From positions 97,466,001-97,526,000 of the forward strand of contig CM052816.1 in NCBI GenBank assembly GCA_028534125.1: 60,000 nucleotides of DNA, in the 5' to 3' direction. The notes beneath the pieces were generated by a model. That model worked only from the letters and a program-made list of their open reading frames with translations, searched no databases and was not told where the DNA came from. Positions within the stretch are counted from its first letter, which is position 1, and each line of letters begins with the position of its first letter. Position numbers and translations under genes: made by a program. Shown piece by piece: positions 1 to 11,800 of this stretch. The stretch comes from Lama glama (taxonomy: Eukaryota).

Positions 1-81
1 AAGGGGTCTACTTGGAACCCGGTAGGCACTAGAGACACTCAAAGGCTGTTCATCATATTGCAATTTAAAAAGAGGTCATAA

Positions 82-722
82 CTTACATATGACCCAGGAA
101 TCCCGCTCCTGGTCTTATATCCAGAAGAAACCCTACTTCAGGATGACACCTGTACCCCAATGTTCATAGCAGCACTATTTACAACAGCCAAGACATGGAA
201 ACAGCCTAAATGTCCATCAATGGATGACTAGGTAAAGAAGATGTGGTATATTTATACAATGGAATACTATGCAGCCATAAAAACCAACAACATAACGCCA
301 TTTGCAGGAACATGGATGCTCCTGAAGAATGTCATTCTAAGTGAAGTAAGCCAGAAAGAGAAAGAAAAATACCATATGAGATCGCTCATATGTGGGATCT
401 AAAAAACAAAAACAAAAACAAAAAAACAAAGCCTAAATACAAAACAGAAATAGACTCATAGACATAGAATACAAACTTGTGGTTGCCAAGGGGGCAGAGG
501 GTGGGAAGGGACAGACAGGATTTCAAAATTGTAGAATAGATAAACAAGATTATACTGTATAGCACAGGGAAAAATACACAAGATCTTATGGCAGCTCACA
601 GAGAAAAAAATGTGACAATGAATATATATATGTTCATGTATAACTGAAAAACTGTGCTCTATACTGGAATTTGACACAACATTGTAAAATGATTATAAAT
701 CAATAAAAATGTTAAAAAAAAG
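82..722 (+). mobile_element. 5'-truncated young L1 (ORF2 C-terminus + 3'UTR + A-tail), camelid-type
   Basis: Canonical L1 end motifs (CCCAATGTTCATAGCAGCACTATTTAC, AAGTGAAGTAAGCCAGAAAGAGAAAG), ending CAATAAAAATGTTAAAAAAAA. TSD AGAGGTCATAA at 71-81 and 723-733, after a TTT/AAAA target. Confidence 0.95.
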
Positions 723-859
723 AGAGGTCATAAAAATGACATGCAAGACAGTTACACTGAAGGCCTGCTGCCCCTGAGAACAGGCTCCAGCTGCTCAGTG
801 GAAGGGGCTGTGGGGGCAGGAGAGTCCGGGATGGGGCCAAGGGAACGGAGGCCTGGAAC

Positions 860-1012
860 CCAGAATTCTGCTTTGGCTGTGTGATACGGGCCAAATTATT
901 TGATTATTCTGAGCATCTACACCTTTTCCTTAAAGTGGATATGAAACCTACTGTGGAGTTTAAACAAGAAGGACTGTGTAAAACTCCCAGAATGTGGTCT
1001 TTAGTGCTCAAA
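860..1012 (+). mobile_element. MIR SINE remnant
   Basis: Degenerate MIR core (GCTGTGTGA..GGGCCAAATTATT..TTCTGAGC..TAAAGTGG). Confidence 0.5.
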
Positions 1013-1040
1013 ATCTTTTTTTAATTCTTTTCCTCCGGTT

Positions 1041-1162
1041 GCTGGGTGGTAATTTGATTGATTGATTGATTGATTTTTTTTTTAATGGAGGGACTGGGGA
1101 TTGAACCCAGGACCTCGTGCATGCTAAGCACTCACTCTACCACTGAGCCATCCCCTGCCCCC
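1041..1162 (-). mobile_element. camelid tRNA-derived SINE (Vic-1-like)
   Basis: Reverse complement has A box (GGCTCAGTGGTAGAG) and B box (GGTTCAATCCC), with an A-rich (AATC)n tail. Confidence 0.9.
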
Positions 1163-2899
1163 CTCCCTGTTCTCAAACACTTTTATTAACCCCTTTCCCA
1201 CATCTATTTCCTTAGCAGCTCTCCGCACATAGTCTAAAGCAATGCTTTGTTAACTCGTACATCAGACATCAAAGACACTAGAAACACTTCATCTTTTAGA
1301 AAGAACTTAGTGGACATTTGATATTCTGTTTGGTAAGTTGAGTAAGTCCTCTTTAAGGGTATGTAAACCTAGATTTCCTGATAGACTTTGCGTTAAATAA
1401 TTGACTGGAGAGAAGGCACCGGCGATCCCTTTCTCATCTTCGGATTCCCAGTCCTGGGCTTCTGTCCTCGGAGCACTCAGTTTCATTGCTCAGCACAGAG
1501 CTCAGAGGAGCCGTATGGCTGCAGCCCTGTGGGGCCAGCTCCCTGAGCAGCAGCAGCGGGGTTGGGGTGGGGGTTCCTCTTCTGTTCTCCCCACTCCTCC
1601 ATCTGGGCAGGGGTCGGGGGCCATGGGGATCATGAACGAAGTCGGGGATGCGACAGGCTTGCTGTGGAGACTTCCCCAGTTCACACCTCAGTTCTTTCTG
1701 TTAAGGAGTATATATAGAAAAAATGTGTTTATAAGAATAGCCATTTGAAAAACAAGGTTAGCAGTTTGCAAAGTTTCTGCATAATCATATTACCATCAAC
1801 ACTTAAGAATTGCTGATTCCATGACAGGCACGCTTGACGTGTGTTAACTTACACCATCTGCCCGACGACCCAGCGAAGGAGGTACTGTTGTCAGACACCT
1901 CGTCTGAGGCCTAAGGAGAGTCAGTGAATCATGCGAGACCCCAGAGCCAAAGGCAGGGACCTGGATTCGAGGCAGACCAGCTCCCGAGCCCAGGATCCTG
2001 ATTGTTAATTTGTTTCACTGACTGACAGCCCTGGATCATTTGTACAATTTTCTTGCTTGGAGAAAAGCTCTTTCTTAATCTCCAGCTTCAGCCCTTAGAT
2101 TTATCTGTTCAGGGCTGGCGCGGGGTATTAAGTCACTGGAGTTGTCTCGGCGAAGAGCGGTTATGACTTCATTTGAAATTCAGGTGGATCAAGCCTTGTT
2201 GATTTTCTTTTCAAGTGAAATAACCGTTCAGTTAGTTTTATTGGTCATTATTTTTCAGCGACTTGTTCAATGGCAAATAAATCCCGTTGAAGTTAGTCAT
2301 GTCGTGCAACAGAGAGAGTCTGTTCCTTTCACTAATTGTCTCTTCGGTTATAAAACCCCGATCGCAGAGCCTTCTGCTGATGCTCCCACGGGGCGGAAAC
2401 AGGGCGGCGGGCTCTGGGCTAAAGCAGGCGCTGCGGGGGGCTACTTCACTGCAATCTCAGGAGCACAGAGGAGTGATGAGAAGACAAGTGTAATAAAAAT
2501 CAGCGAACACAAGAAACAGCAGTCGCCTCTCCTCCACGGCGCTCACGGCGTCCAGGCCTGCTGTGTGCCCACACGTGCCCTAACTCGCTCCGCCCGGCCC
2601 CGGGAAGGAGTTCTGATTCATACCCCCGTCTCGTCGTTGTCTGATAAACTTACAGAATTCTAAACAGCCCCATTTCCCCCAAAGCAGAACACTTACATGG
2701 TCATGTGGCTCTGGTTTAGTTCTGAATGTCACCATTTGCTAGCAGGATGACCACAGGCCAGCACATCAGGTCCCTGAACCTCGCGTCTCCTGTCTGCCCC
2801 CAACAAATGGCAGTGGTGACAGTCCCCGGGATTGTCCCTGGGTTACCTGAAGCAGCACCAGAATTGTGCTTACACAGCATCTGTTAGCCCTAACCCTGT

Positions 2900-3351
2900 G
2901 CTCTGTTTTCTGTGCTTCATCATGCTAGTTCTGCACCTTTTGTAAAAGAGTGTTGCCTAGAGCCTAAAATATACAGGAGAGCCCATTCTCAAGGCTCTGA
3001 CCGCTAAGGCTGTAACATTCTCCCATTCATGTAGAGATGAAAAATGGCAGAACAGAGGATAACATTTGTTTTTTTGGAGATTTACAGGAACATCATGACC
3101 TGACCCATGTGGGCAGCTGTAAGAACAAAGGATTCTGACACCAAGAAGTTTGCACCAACCAACCACACCGTCTCCCCTTTTAGCATAAAGGAAGCTTGAA
3201 TTCTGACCTGGGGATAGTTTTCCAGGACATCAGTCCGCCATCTCGATCTGCTGGCTTTCGGAATAAAGTCGTTATCCCTTGCCCCGACACCTTGTCTGCC
3301 GATTTACTGGCCTGTCGTGCGATGAGCAGAACAAGTCTGGACTCAGTAACG
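2900..3351 (+). mobile_element. ERV1-class solo LTR (MER41-like cetartiodactyl family)
   Basis: Typical LTR 3' end GCTGGCTTTCGGAATAAAGTCGTTATCCCTTGCCCC...GGACTCAGTAAC with an AATAAA signal. 5' boundary uncertain. Confidence 0.75.
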
Positions 3352-4644
3352 GCTGTTGCCCGTCTCCTGATCTCCGTGGCCAAGGCAGTGCCTCTCCTAG
3401 GCTGAGTGTCTGGTCACCTCACCGATGCCATTCTTGCCGCCACCCCTGCCCACCGCCCTTGACTCTGGGCTGCTCCTGTCCTCTGCCAGGTTGTCCACTC
3501 TGGTTGCCTGCGAGCAGTGGGTCCTGTGAGGTCTGGTGGGGGCAGTGGCAGGGGTGGGGAATGGCTCTAAGCTTTTCTAAGCGTTCTCAGTGTCACGGAG
3601 TGGGGGCCGAGGCTGCAGTGACAAGAGGCCTTCAAGTTAATGCGACATCCCCAAGGATTTGGCCCTGAGACTGTCTGTCTGCATTAGCACTGTCGTGAGG
3701 TTTTCATCTTGTTATGAGTTTTCTGGTGTCTTTAAAGATATTTGGGGGGAAAAGAGGTTTAGAGAGAATTGTTAGGCAAAACCTCCATCTCAAATTGTAA
3801 AGCACATCTTGGCATTCTAGTGACAAGATTCAGGCCTTCCAGCGCTTTAAAAAATGCCTGACATATTTTCCTCCCTATGGCGTAGCCAAGGGGAGATGCC
3901 TGATCACGCAGCTGTCGTGCACACAATGGGACACTCAAGTAGGGTGAGGCGGTTTTGTAACGAGGTTCTTCTGGCCCTTTGAGAGCAAACCCTCTTCAGT
4001 GGGATAAAAGAAAGACCTGCCACAGCTTTGGGGGAATAATGTTGTAACGAATCGCTAATCATCGATCATGTTTGGTAAGTAGTCGGTGAAGGTTTTACAT
4101 CCCTGAAGCCAATCCTTCTGCGCGCTGGAGTCACATCGACGAACAAGCCCAGAATTAGAAGTGACACGTCTTTAAATGTAAATGGCTTCAGAGCCATTTT
4201 CCAGCTCCAAAAAAAATGTGCTGTCAGCTCCAAGAAGCCACTTTCTCCTGATGGGTAATTCTTGGGGTCACTTGCTGCCAGCAGTAACTGAGCTGCTGCA
4301 GCCACCAGCAGGCAGAGCGTAGCTGTGGGGAGAGGTGAGCATGTGCTGTCTGTTCAGCATAATTTTAATATAAGCTGTAGAGCCAGGCGCCAAGTAACAA
4401 GTATCCATCAGCAGAGAAGGGAGTTGAAAGATGTGTCGTCCATCTTCTGGAGGAACCTTGATTTGCAGGTTTCTCCCCCAGCACAAGCTCTCTGTCACCA
4501 GCACCGCTCTCCCCACTCCATGGAAAAGGTAAAGATTCCCTCCTAGAGGGTACGTATCATCAGGGAGCCCTGGATTGAAGCAGAAAGGGTGCAGGTGCCA
4601 GAGCAGAATCCCGAATTCATTATCACACATCATTTACTGGCTGT

Positions 4645-5000
4645 GTGTTACAGGTTGATTCTCTTGGATGTGGACTCTGAGATGGAGATTCGTGCAGGAG
4701 ACCTTTATTAGGGACTGTTGGGGGATTGACGCCTAGGGAGTGAGAGGGAGGAGGAAGGACGGAGACAGAAGCTGACCTGTAATGCAGAACTCACAAGGTC
4801 CTCAGCAGAACTTCTAGGATGCTCCAAAGACAAGGTGGGGAGAGGGGGCCATGCCTTTATTCCCCTAGCTTGATCTCTCATAGGATGTGGCAGCCTTTGG
4901 AAGGAAGGCAATTTTTCGACCCAGGCAATCACCCAAGAAGACTGAAAATGGAGGGCTGTCTGCCTGGCAGCGAGCCCAGGAGCTGGGAATGCCTCATTGC
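4645..5000. mobile_element. ERVL LTR (LTR16-like)
   Basis: GACTCTGAGATGGAGATT.GTGCAGGAG..TTTATT.GGGA motif and downstream similarity to LTR16. Confidence 0.6.
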
Positions 5001-5391
5001 CGAAGAGGATGGCTGCTTCCATTAAACCACGTGGCATTGGGAAGTTCTGTGCCCACTAACGGCTTCAGTTTCTTTATTGAGAACAGGGTGACTGTGATGC
5101 CTACCTCACAGAATGGTGGAAAGGGGTCCTAAATGACAGAGTGCCCGGGACGCATTTAGCTCAGTAAGGAGTCAATACTGACTGAGGAAACTGAAAGAGC
5201 AGACATCATTGTTCAAAGGAGGCTCCAGCCTGGCGTAGAGCCTACAAACTCTCTCCTTAGAAGGGCAGACGGTTGCGTGTAAATTACTGCTCTGCCCACC
5301 ACCACCTTGTCACGAATTGAAGCTCATGCCCCAGGAATCCTTCCTGACACCCCGTCCCAGGCGGGTGGAGCTGCTTTTCATGTGAACTCCC

Positions 5392-5856
5392 TGTGTCAGC
5401 TTCTTAGGGCTGCTGAACAAACTGCCACAACGCTGGTGACTTAGAACAGCACACAGTTACCCCTGAAAGTTCTGGAGGTCAGAGATCCAAAATGAATTCT
5501 ATGGAGCTAAAGTGAGCGTGTCCGTGGGCTGACTCCTCCTGGAGGCTCTAGGGAGAATCCGTCCCTGATGCTGTCTGTCTTGTGAAGGCCATTCTCATTC
5601 CTTAGCTTATGGCCCTGCCTCACCTGCCTTTCTCCCCCTGCTCCCCATGACACCACAACACCTTCTTCTCTTCTGTAATCAACTCTCCAAAGACACCTGT
5701 GAGCACTGCAGGCTCACCTGGAGAGCCCGGGGACATCTTATACCAAGATCCTTAATCATGTCTACAATGCCCACTTTGTCACGTAAGCTAACGTTCACGG
5801 GATCCAGAAATCAGGATGCGACTGTCTTTGGGGGCCCTCATTCATCCTGCCACACA
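5392..5856 (-). mobile_element. MaLR LTR (MLT1C/D-like)
   Basis: Begins TTAGGGCTGCTG.AACAAA..CCACAA..TGG.GACTT, contains GTTCTGGAGGTCAG, ends TTTGGGGG..CATTCA.CCTGCCACA. Confidence 0.8.
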
Positions 5857-6396
5857 GCGTGAGCTTTTCTCTGTCCTTTAAGACGCTTGCTAATCTACCC
5901 ACACTGGCCCATGAGCTCCAGGAGGACACGAAACCTTATCTGGCCTCTGCCCGCAGGACAAGCAAGTGTCACACACACAAGATGTTCCCAGAACACTTAC
6001 GTGGTTGAATCCAAAGCTTATTATTTCTACTCAAAAGCAGTAACTCATCATGAGGAACTGACAAGGATTCCTGTGTGTGAGAGGCTAAGATGAAAGGCAT
6101 TTTTGCTCTGTGCAAATGCAGCAGAGCTGCTCAGGGCCACTCGTGGGTTTTCTGTGCACGGCCCTGAATTCATGGCCAAGGACACTGGGACTCCATCTTC
6201 CGTGAGCAGAGGGCTGTTTTGCATGGGGTTGAGCCACTGAACCAGTGTGGGTTTGCAGGATTGTTTTTTTTTTTGCTTACATCACTCCCTATTTCCACCT
6301 ACATTTTTATGTACCAGGGGACTATTTTCTTGCTTTGCTCAGCTTCAGTACAAAGTAGAGCTTTAAATTTTTTTAAAAAAATATTTAGGCCATTTT

Positions 6397-6616
6397 GGGA
6401 TTAACAGGTACACATTACTATATATAAAATAGATTAAAAAAAAAACAAGGACCTACTATACAGCACAGGGAACTATATTCAATACCTTGTAATAAGCTAT
6501 AATGGAAAAGAATCTGAAAAAAAAAGTATGTATATACCAATCACTTTGCTGTACACCTGAAACTAACATTGTAAATCAACCACACTTCAATGAAAAATAA
6601 AATTAAAAAAATTCAG
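6397..6616 (+). mobile_element. short L1 3'UTR insertion (cetartiodactyl L1)
   Basis: CAAGGACCTACTATACAGCACAGGGAACTATATTCAATA motif and A-tail. Perfect 21-bp flanking direct repeat AAAAAATATTTAGGCCATTTT at 6376-6396 and 6617-6637. Confidence 0.92.
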
Positions 6617-7405
6617 AAAAAATATTTAGGCCATTTTAATCAGCTGTTTCTTAATTTAAAGTTTCAAGGATAAAAGCCATGGCTTTCTCTTCTCTGATGT
6701 GTAGCCAGAATCCCTGTGTCACTGCTACTCATCAAGTGGACATTTACTAAGCATTGAAAAAAGTAAATGAAAGAAAGAATGAATTGTCAAAAAAAATTCT
6801 TTCAAAAAAGAAGCAAAATTAACTTGACAAGACAATTTGGATACTTCTGACAATGCAAGTGGTCACGAATAGTTTGGGGTCCGGGAAGCAGAGGTCAACA
6901 CTCAGCTGCTCAGCCTGCTGGGGCGGTGTGGGCACCAGGAACCCTGGGACCAGGGCTCCGTCTCTTCCCTCACACCCGGGAGGTCAGGGCTACGGCTCTT
7001 CTGTCTGCCTGGGGAGCCCGGGTCCCACTGTGACAAAGCAGGTTGTCACATAAGAGGTCATTTGATGACTTCCATCATTTAAAACAGAGTTCACTCTTAT
7101 CAAGGTGTCTTGGAAAAGACTGAGTTTTGACTCGGACATTAGGTCCAGGTCAGAGAGTCAGATACCAGGGCAACACAGCTGAGCAGGAGGATAATGAGCA
7201 AAATCGTGAGTTAGGGGACCTGAAGTGAGCTTGGGGTGTCTGATGAGGAAGGAGCACCCACAAGAGGCGGTTCTGATTGGAACAGACAGCCCAGGTTAGG
7301 GGCTCTGGGGAAGAGGGGAGTTCAGACCACAGAGAGCGTGGAATTGGGCGTGAGAACCGCAGTTGCATCTGAGGCTTGTCTGCTCCCAACTCCATTTCTT
7401 GGAGG

Positions 7406-7905
7406 NNNNNNNNNNNNNNNNNNNNNNNNNNNNNNNNNNNNNNNNNNNNNNNNNNNNNNNNNNNNNNNNNNNNNNNNNNNNNNNNNNNNNNNNNNNNNNN
7501 NNNNNNNNNNNNNNNNNNNNNNNNNNNNNNNNNNNNNNNNNNNNNNNNNNNNNNNNNNNNNNNNNNNNNNNNNNNNNNNNNNNNNNNNNNNNNNNNNNNN
7601 NNNNNNNNNNNNNNNNNNNNNNNNNNNNNNNNNNNNNNNNNNNNNNNNNNNNNNNNNNNNNNNNNNNNNNNNNNNNNNNNNNNNNNNNNNNNNNNNNNNN
7701 NNNNNNNNNNNNNNNNNNNNNNNNNNNNNNNNNNNNNNNNNNNNNNNNNNNNNNNNNNNNNNNNNNNNNNNNNNNNNNNNNNNNNNNNNNNNNNNNNNNN
7801 NNNNNNNNNNNNNNNNNNNNNNNNNNNNNNNNNNNNNNNNNNNNNNNNNNNNNNNNNNNNNNNNNNNNNNNNNNNNNNNNNNNNNNNNNNNNNNNNNNNN
7901 NNNNN
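7406..7905. other. assembly gap (exactly 500 N)
   Basis: Run of 500 N; the round length suggests a scaffolding placeholder. Confidence 0.99.
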
Positions 7906-7984
7906 GGTAGCCGCAGGCCATGTCTGCATGGGCTTCTCTGCAGCGCATCACGGTGTGTCTTTCTGCTTGTGATTTTTGTTTGGG

Positions 7985-8515
7985 TCAGGTTCATTGAGGT
8001 GTAATTTGCATAATACACCCAATGTGTATATAGAGTAAAATTCACTCCTTGAAGTGTACAATTCTATGCATTTTTTTTTGGAGGGAGAGGTAATTAGGTT
8101 TGTTTGTTTGTTTGTTTGTTTACGTATTTATTTATTTTAATGGCGGTACTGGGGATTGAACCCAGGACCTTGTGCATGCTAAGCACGCACTCTGCCAATG
8201 AGCAGTTCTATACATTTTTGATGAAAGCTTACAATCATGTAACCACCATCATCATCAAGATACAGAAGACATGCATCACCCGCTACAGACCCTTCATGCT
8301 CCTCTGTAAAAATCAGATCTCCTTTCTCCCTCTATAGTTTTGTCTTTCCCGGCATGTCATTTGAATGTGGCAACTTTCACCTGAAGTAGTGCATTTGAGA
8401 TTCATCCGTGTGCTGTGCGCATCAGTAGTTTATTCCTCTTTATTGCTGAGTCATGTTCTCCTGTGTGGAAGTGTCACGGTTTGTTTATCCGTTCACTACT
8501 TGACGGGCATTTGGC
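7985..8515 (-). mobile_element. old L1M 3' end, interrupted by a SINE
   Basis: TTCATTGAGGTGTAATTT, CATGTAACCACCATCA, TTGAGATTCATCCGTGT and GGTTTGTTTATCCGTTCAC are typical antisense L1M 3' motifs. Confidence 0.75.
8071..8204 (-). mobile_element. camelid tRNA-derived SINE (Vic-1-like)
   Basis: GGGGATTGAACCCAGGACCTTGTGCATGCTAAGCACGCACTC. TSD TTCTAT(G/A)CATTTTT at 8062-8075 and 8206-8219. Confidence 0.92.
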
Positions 8516-8689
8516 AGTGAAACTCTTGACAGTCGGAGGTTAACTACCATCATTCCTTTGACTGGGGGCTTGCATACAATGGCGTGGAATAAGCTGTCAC
8601 TTTTTGTCATCTGTCCAGACCCGCGTCCATGACACAGGTAAGAGTCAGGGGCACGTGATTTGGAAGCGTTAATTGTGAGACAGACTCTA

Positions 8690-8850
8690 GGCTATGCCCA
8701 TATGTTATCTCCCTTGGTCCTCACTGACCCTTGTGATGTAGACACTCATTTTCTCCATTTCATAGATCAAAAATTGAAACTGGAGGGTTAAGTGATTGTC
8801 CACATTCACCTAAATTTTGAGTAGGTTTGGGAGGCCATCTGACTCCCTTA
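8690..8850 (-). mobile_element. MIR SINE remnant
   Basis: CTCCATTTCATAGAT.AAAAATTGAAAC..GAGGGTTAAGTGATTGTCC resembles the MIR core. Confidence 0.6.
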
Positions 8851-11800
8851 CACATAAGCAGCAGGTACAACTAATATGTTACCCCAATGAACCCATGTAA
8901 TTGTGCTAAACTTACCAAACAGGGTGTGGGTTTCCAGCCATTGTTTTATCTGACTGAGCTTGAGAGAATCCTGGATGTCATCTGGTCTCTGGATCCTGAG
9001 TGTGGTCTCAGGAGCCAACCCTCCAGAGTCTTCTGGACACCAGACAGAAGTGGCCACAGGGGGATTTATTTCTTGTGGAGTCAGTTTCATGTAGTGCAGA
9101 ATCACAGCTCTGCCTGATAACACCTTAACGTTGGTCGGAATATTCTGTTGGGGGAATATTCAAGTTTGGGGGGATAAAGGGGCTTTTTTGTCAAAATAAA
9201 ATCATGAAATTATGAATATGAAATTTCTAGGGCCCATCCAAGGCCCTTGGGAGAGGCCTTTGTAAGTGACAGCTTTGTACTGAAGTTTCATTAGCTTCGT
9301 GGTAAATTCACCTCTCATGCTGTTTAGCTTTTCTTTGAACACCACCACCAAATATTTTGACAAAACTTTAATAGATTATTTCAATAGAGTCAACTTTTTT
9401 TTAAAATTATGGCTTTGATATTTTTAACACTTTTCTTGAAGCCAGAAAATCTTAGCCACATGGAGCAGGCTGTCAGACCCGACAGACTGAAGCCTGCTGG
9501 AATTGATGAACTGATCTGAAGCATGTGGGGAGGCCACCGAAGTTCTCATTTTAGTTAGGTCAAAATGCAAAACAGATCTAGTAGGGAAAATCTTACCAGG
9601 TCACCAACTCAGCTGAGCAAACAATACAACACTTTTCTATACCTTAATTTTATTACAGCTGAATTTACTTTTATCTCGAGCCTCCTCTCCCACCAACGAC
9701 CACAACTTAGTCTTAAGCCAATTGTGGACAAGCAGGCATTGCACAGTTTCCTCCCCAGCCCCCAACAGGGTCCTGTCTAAATCCCAGCATGCTGCTGAGG
9801 GTTTGATAGAAAGCCAAGGTAGGGTGGAGGTCCTGACCCTTGGTCATGGGTCAGCAACTCTTGGCACTGGCTTTCCCTGGATGCACTTCAAGGACCATCC
9901 TCCCTCCACACCAGCATCCCTTGGAAGGGTCTGCTTCCCCGCCTGCTCCTTGGTGATCAGCCCTTGATCCAGAGTGTGCTGTCTTCCCAGATCAATCTCT
10001 GCTACTCTCTTGTCTGTACATTATATTGGTGCCTGTGGTGAGTTTGAGGATTTCAGGGCTGACCGAGGGAAAGGCAGGCCCACGAGACGACTGTGCTGCG
10101 CAACCAACTTTCCTGGGTGGCGCCTGCACTGGTTTGCAGGAGAGAAGCCTCTCCCAGCAGGGGATCCTTCAGAGACAGCTGCAGGGGGCCAGCGGCCAAA
10201 GAATAAAGAGGCCAAGGGAGATGGTGGGGGCCGAGGGCACGTGGCGGGGCTTTACACATCTAGGTGCAGAGTCTCTGGGTCAGAGGGCGCTCAAGGGCAC
10301 AGGGGGTCTGACAGCCCCAGGGTTCGTCTTATCTACGGCTGGCAGCTGTTGGGTGCTGTTTCCTGGGCTGTGCAAAGCAAGCAGCCTCTGAAGTCTCAAA
10401 GTCTGCATATTTGGGTTCTATTAAAATCAATTTATGTGTCAAAATCTGAGTTTGGGGACAGCGGACTGTGAGCTAATGCTCACGGAAGTAAGCAAGCAAT
10501 GCAGGGCCCATACAGAGGGGCCACATTTGGCTGATTTATATAGTAACCCCTACACGGCCCTGGGTCACTCAAGAAGCTCTGAGGCTTCCTCAGTACTGGC
10601 CCCTCATGGGTTTTGCTTAAGCACGATGCTGAGCATCAAGGGGACTCCAAGGGTCCCACCCTCTCCTGGGCTCTGGATGCTAAGACATGGGTCTTCTGTA
10701 GTCTGCTCTCAAATTGGCCCAGGCAGCCTACAGAAAGTATTTTAGAGTGAATCACAGAGTTGGCAAGAAAGTAAGGCTCCCCTAGAGAATAAAAAAATGA
10801 GGAAAGCGGAACGCCTAGGAGACATGGTCTGGGATAACCCCTCAGAGCAATGGCAGAGATAATGTGATGGCTCGTGCTTGGGTGCCCAGCCAGCCCACGT
10901 TCACACGTCCGCTCCACTCCATCTGTGCAGTCCCAGGACCGAATGGCATCAGGTTCGCTTATGTGTCGACACGCGATCTATCCTTGTACCAAAATGCGTT
11001 AAGTCTAATTGCATCTTGTTGGCTGGGTTACCTGCCACAAGTGTGGTAAAAATCTTGAAATTAATTGTGTCCCTGACACTTAAATGCTTGGCGTTTTCAT
11101 CACAATCAATATTGACATGGAGGACGAACTCAGTTACTCTCTACAAGTTTACCAAATGCCTACAATATTTTGTACTTAATCCATGAAAAAATGATATTTC
11201 TCTAATGCCTCTAGTAAAAATTTCCAGCCTAGCCCAATTTTTTAAAGTGTTCCTTTTGTATAGAAAAGTAATTGTTTCCTGTTGTGGGAGGTTATTTTCC
11301 ATTCAACGCTGCTAATGCTAAAGTTTATAATGCACCTGTTTCTGCTATTTCCTTGGGGTTTATTATTCAGTGATTTCTCCTAGTGTTCTTATAGAGCTTC
11401 AAAGATGAAAACAAAGGCCAGGATAGCATCTGTAATATTTTTTCCATTATTCAGTGTTGCTAGAACATGGGTCTTTTTAATGGCAAACACAATAGCCACG
11501 TGCAAGAATGTTGGTTTCTATGCAAGTTTTTAAAAGGAAAGAAATACGCTCCAAAGAAAAGAAAGCCGACAGCCATGTGAAATATCTGAGGGCAGAGTAG
11601 AAACCTGAGAGCTCCTCTTTCTTTGCTAAATCCGTCCAATTTCTGGAGAAAATCTAAAGCACTGATGTGAAGATGATTTAGATTTGAATTCAGATTTTCA
11701 AGACACTTTTTGTTATAGAAAAGGTCCCATTGTTGTTTGGCAAAATGATTCACGCTCACTGACATGACCATTCGGTTCACCAACAGCGAGCGTGGAACTA

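Noticed and set aside
7150..8045. Six long ORFs of about 200-260 aa
   Set aside because: Artefacts of translating through the 500-N gap.
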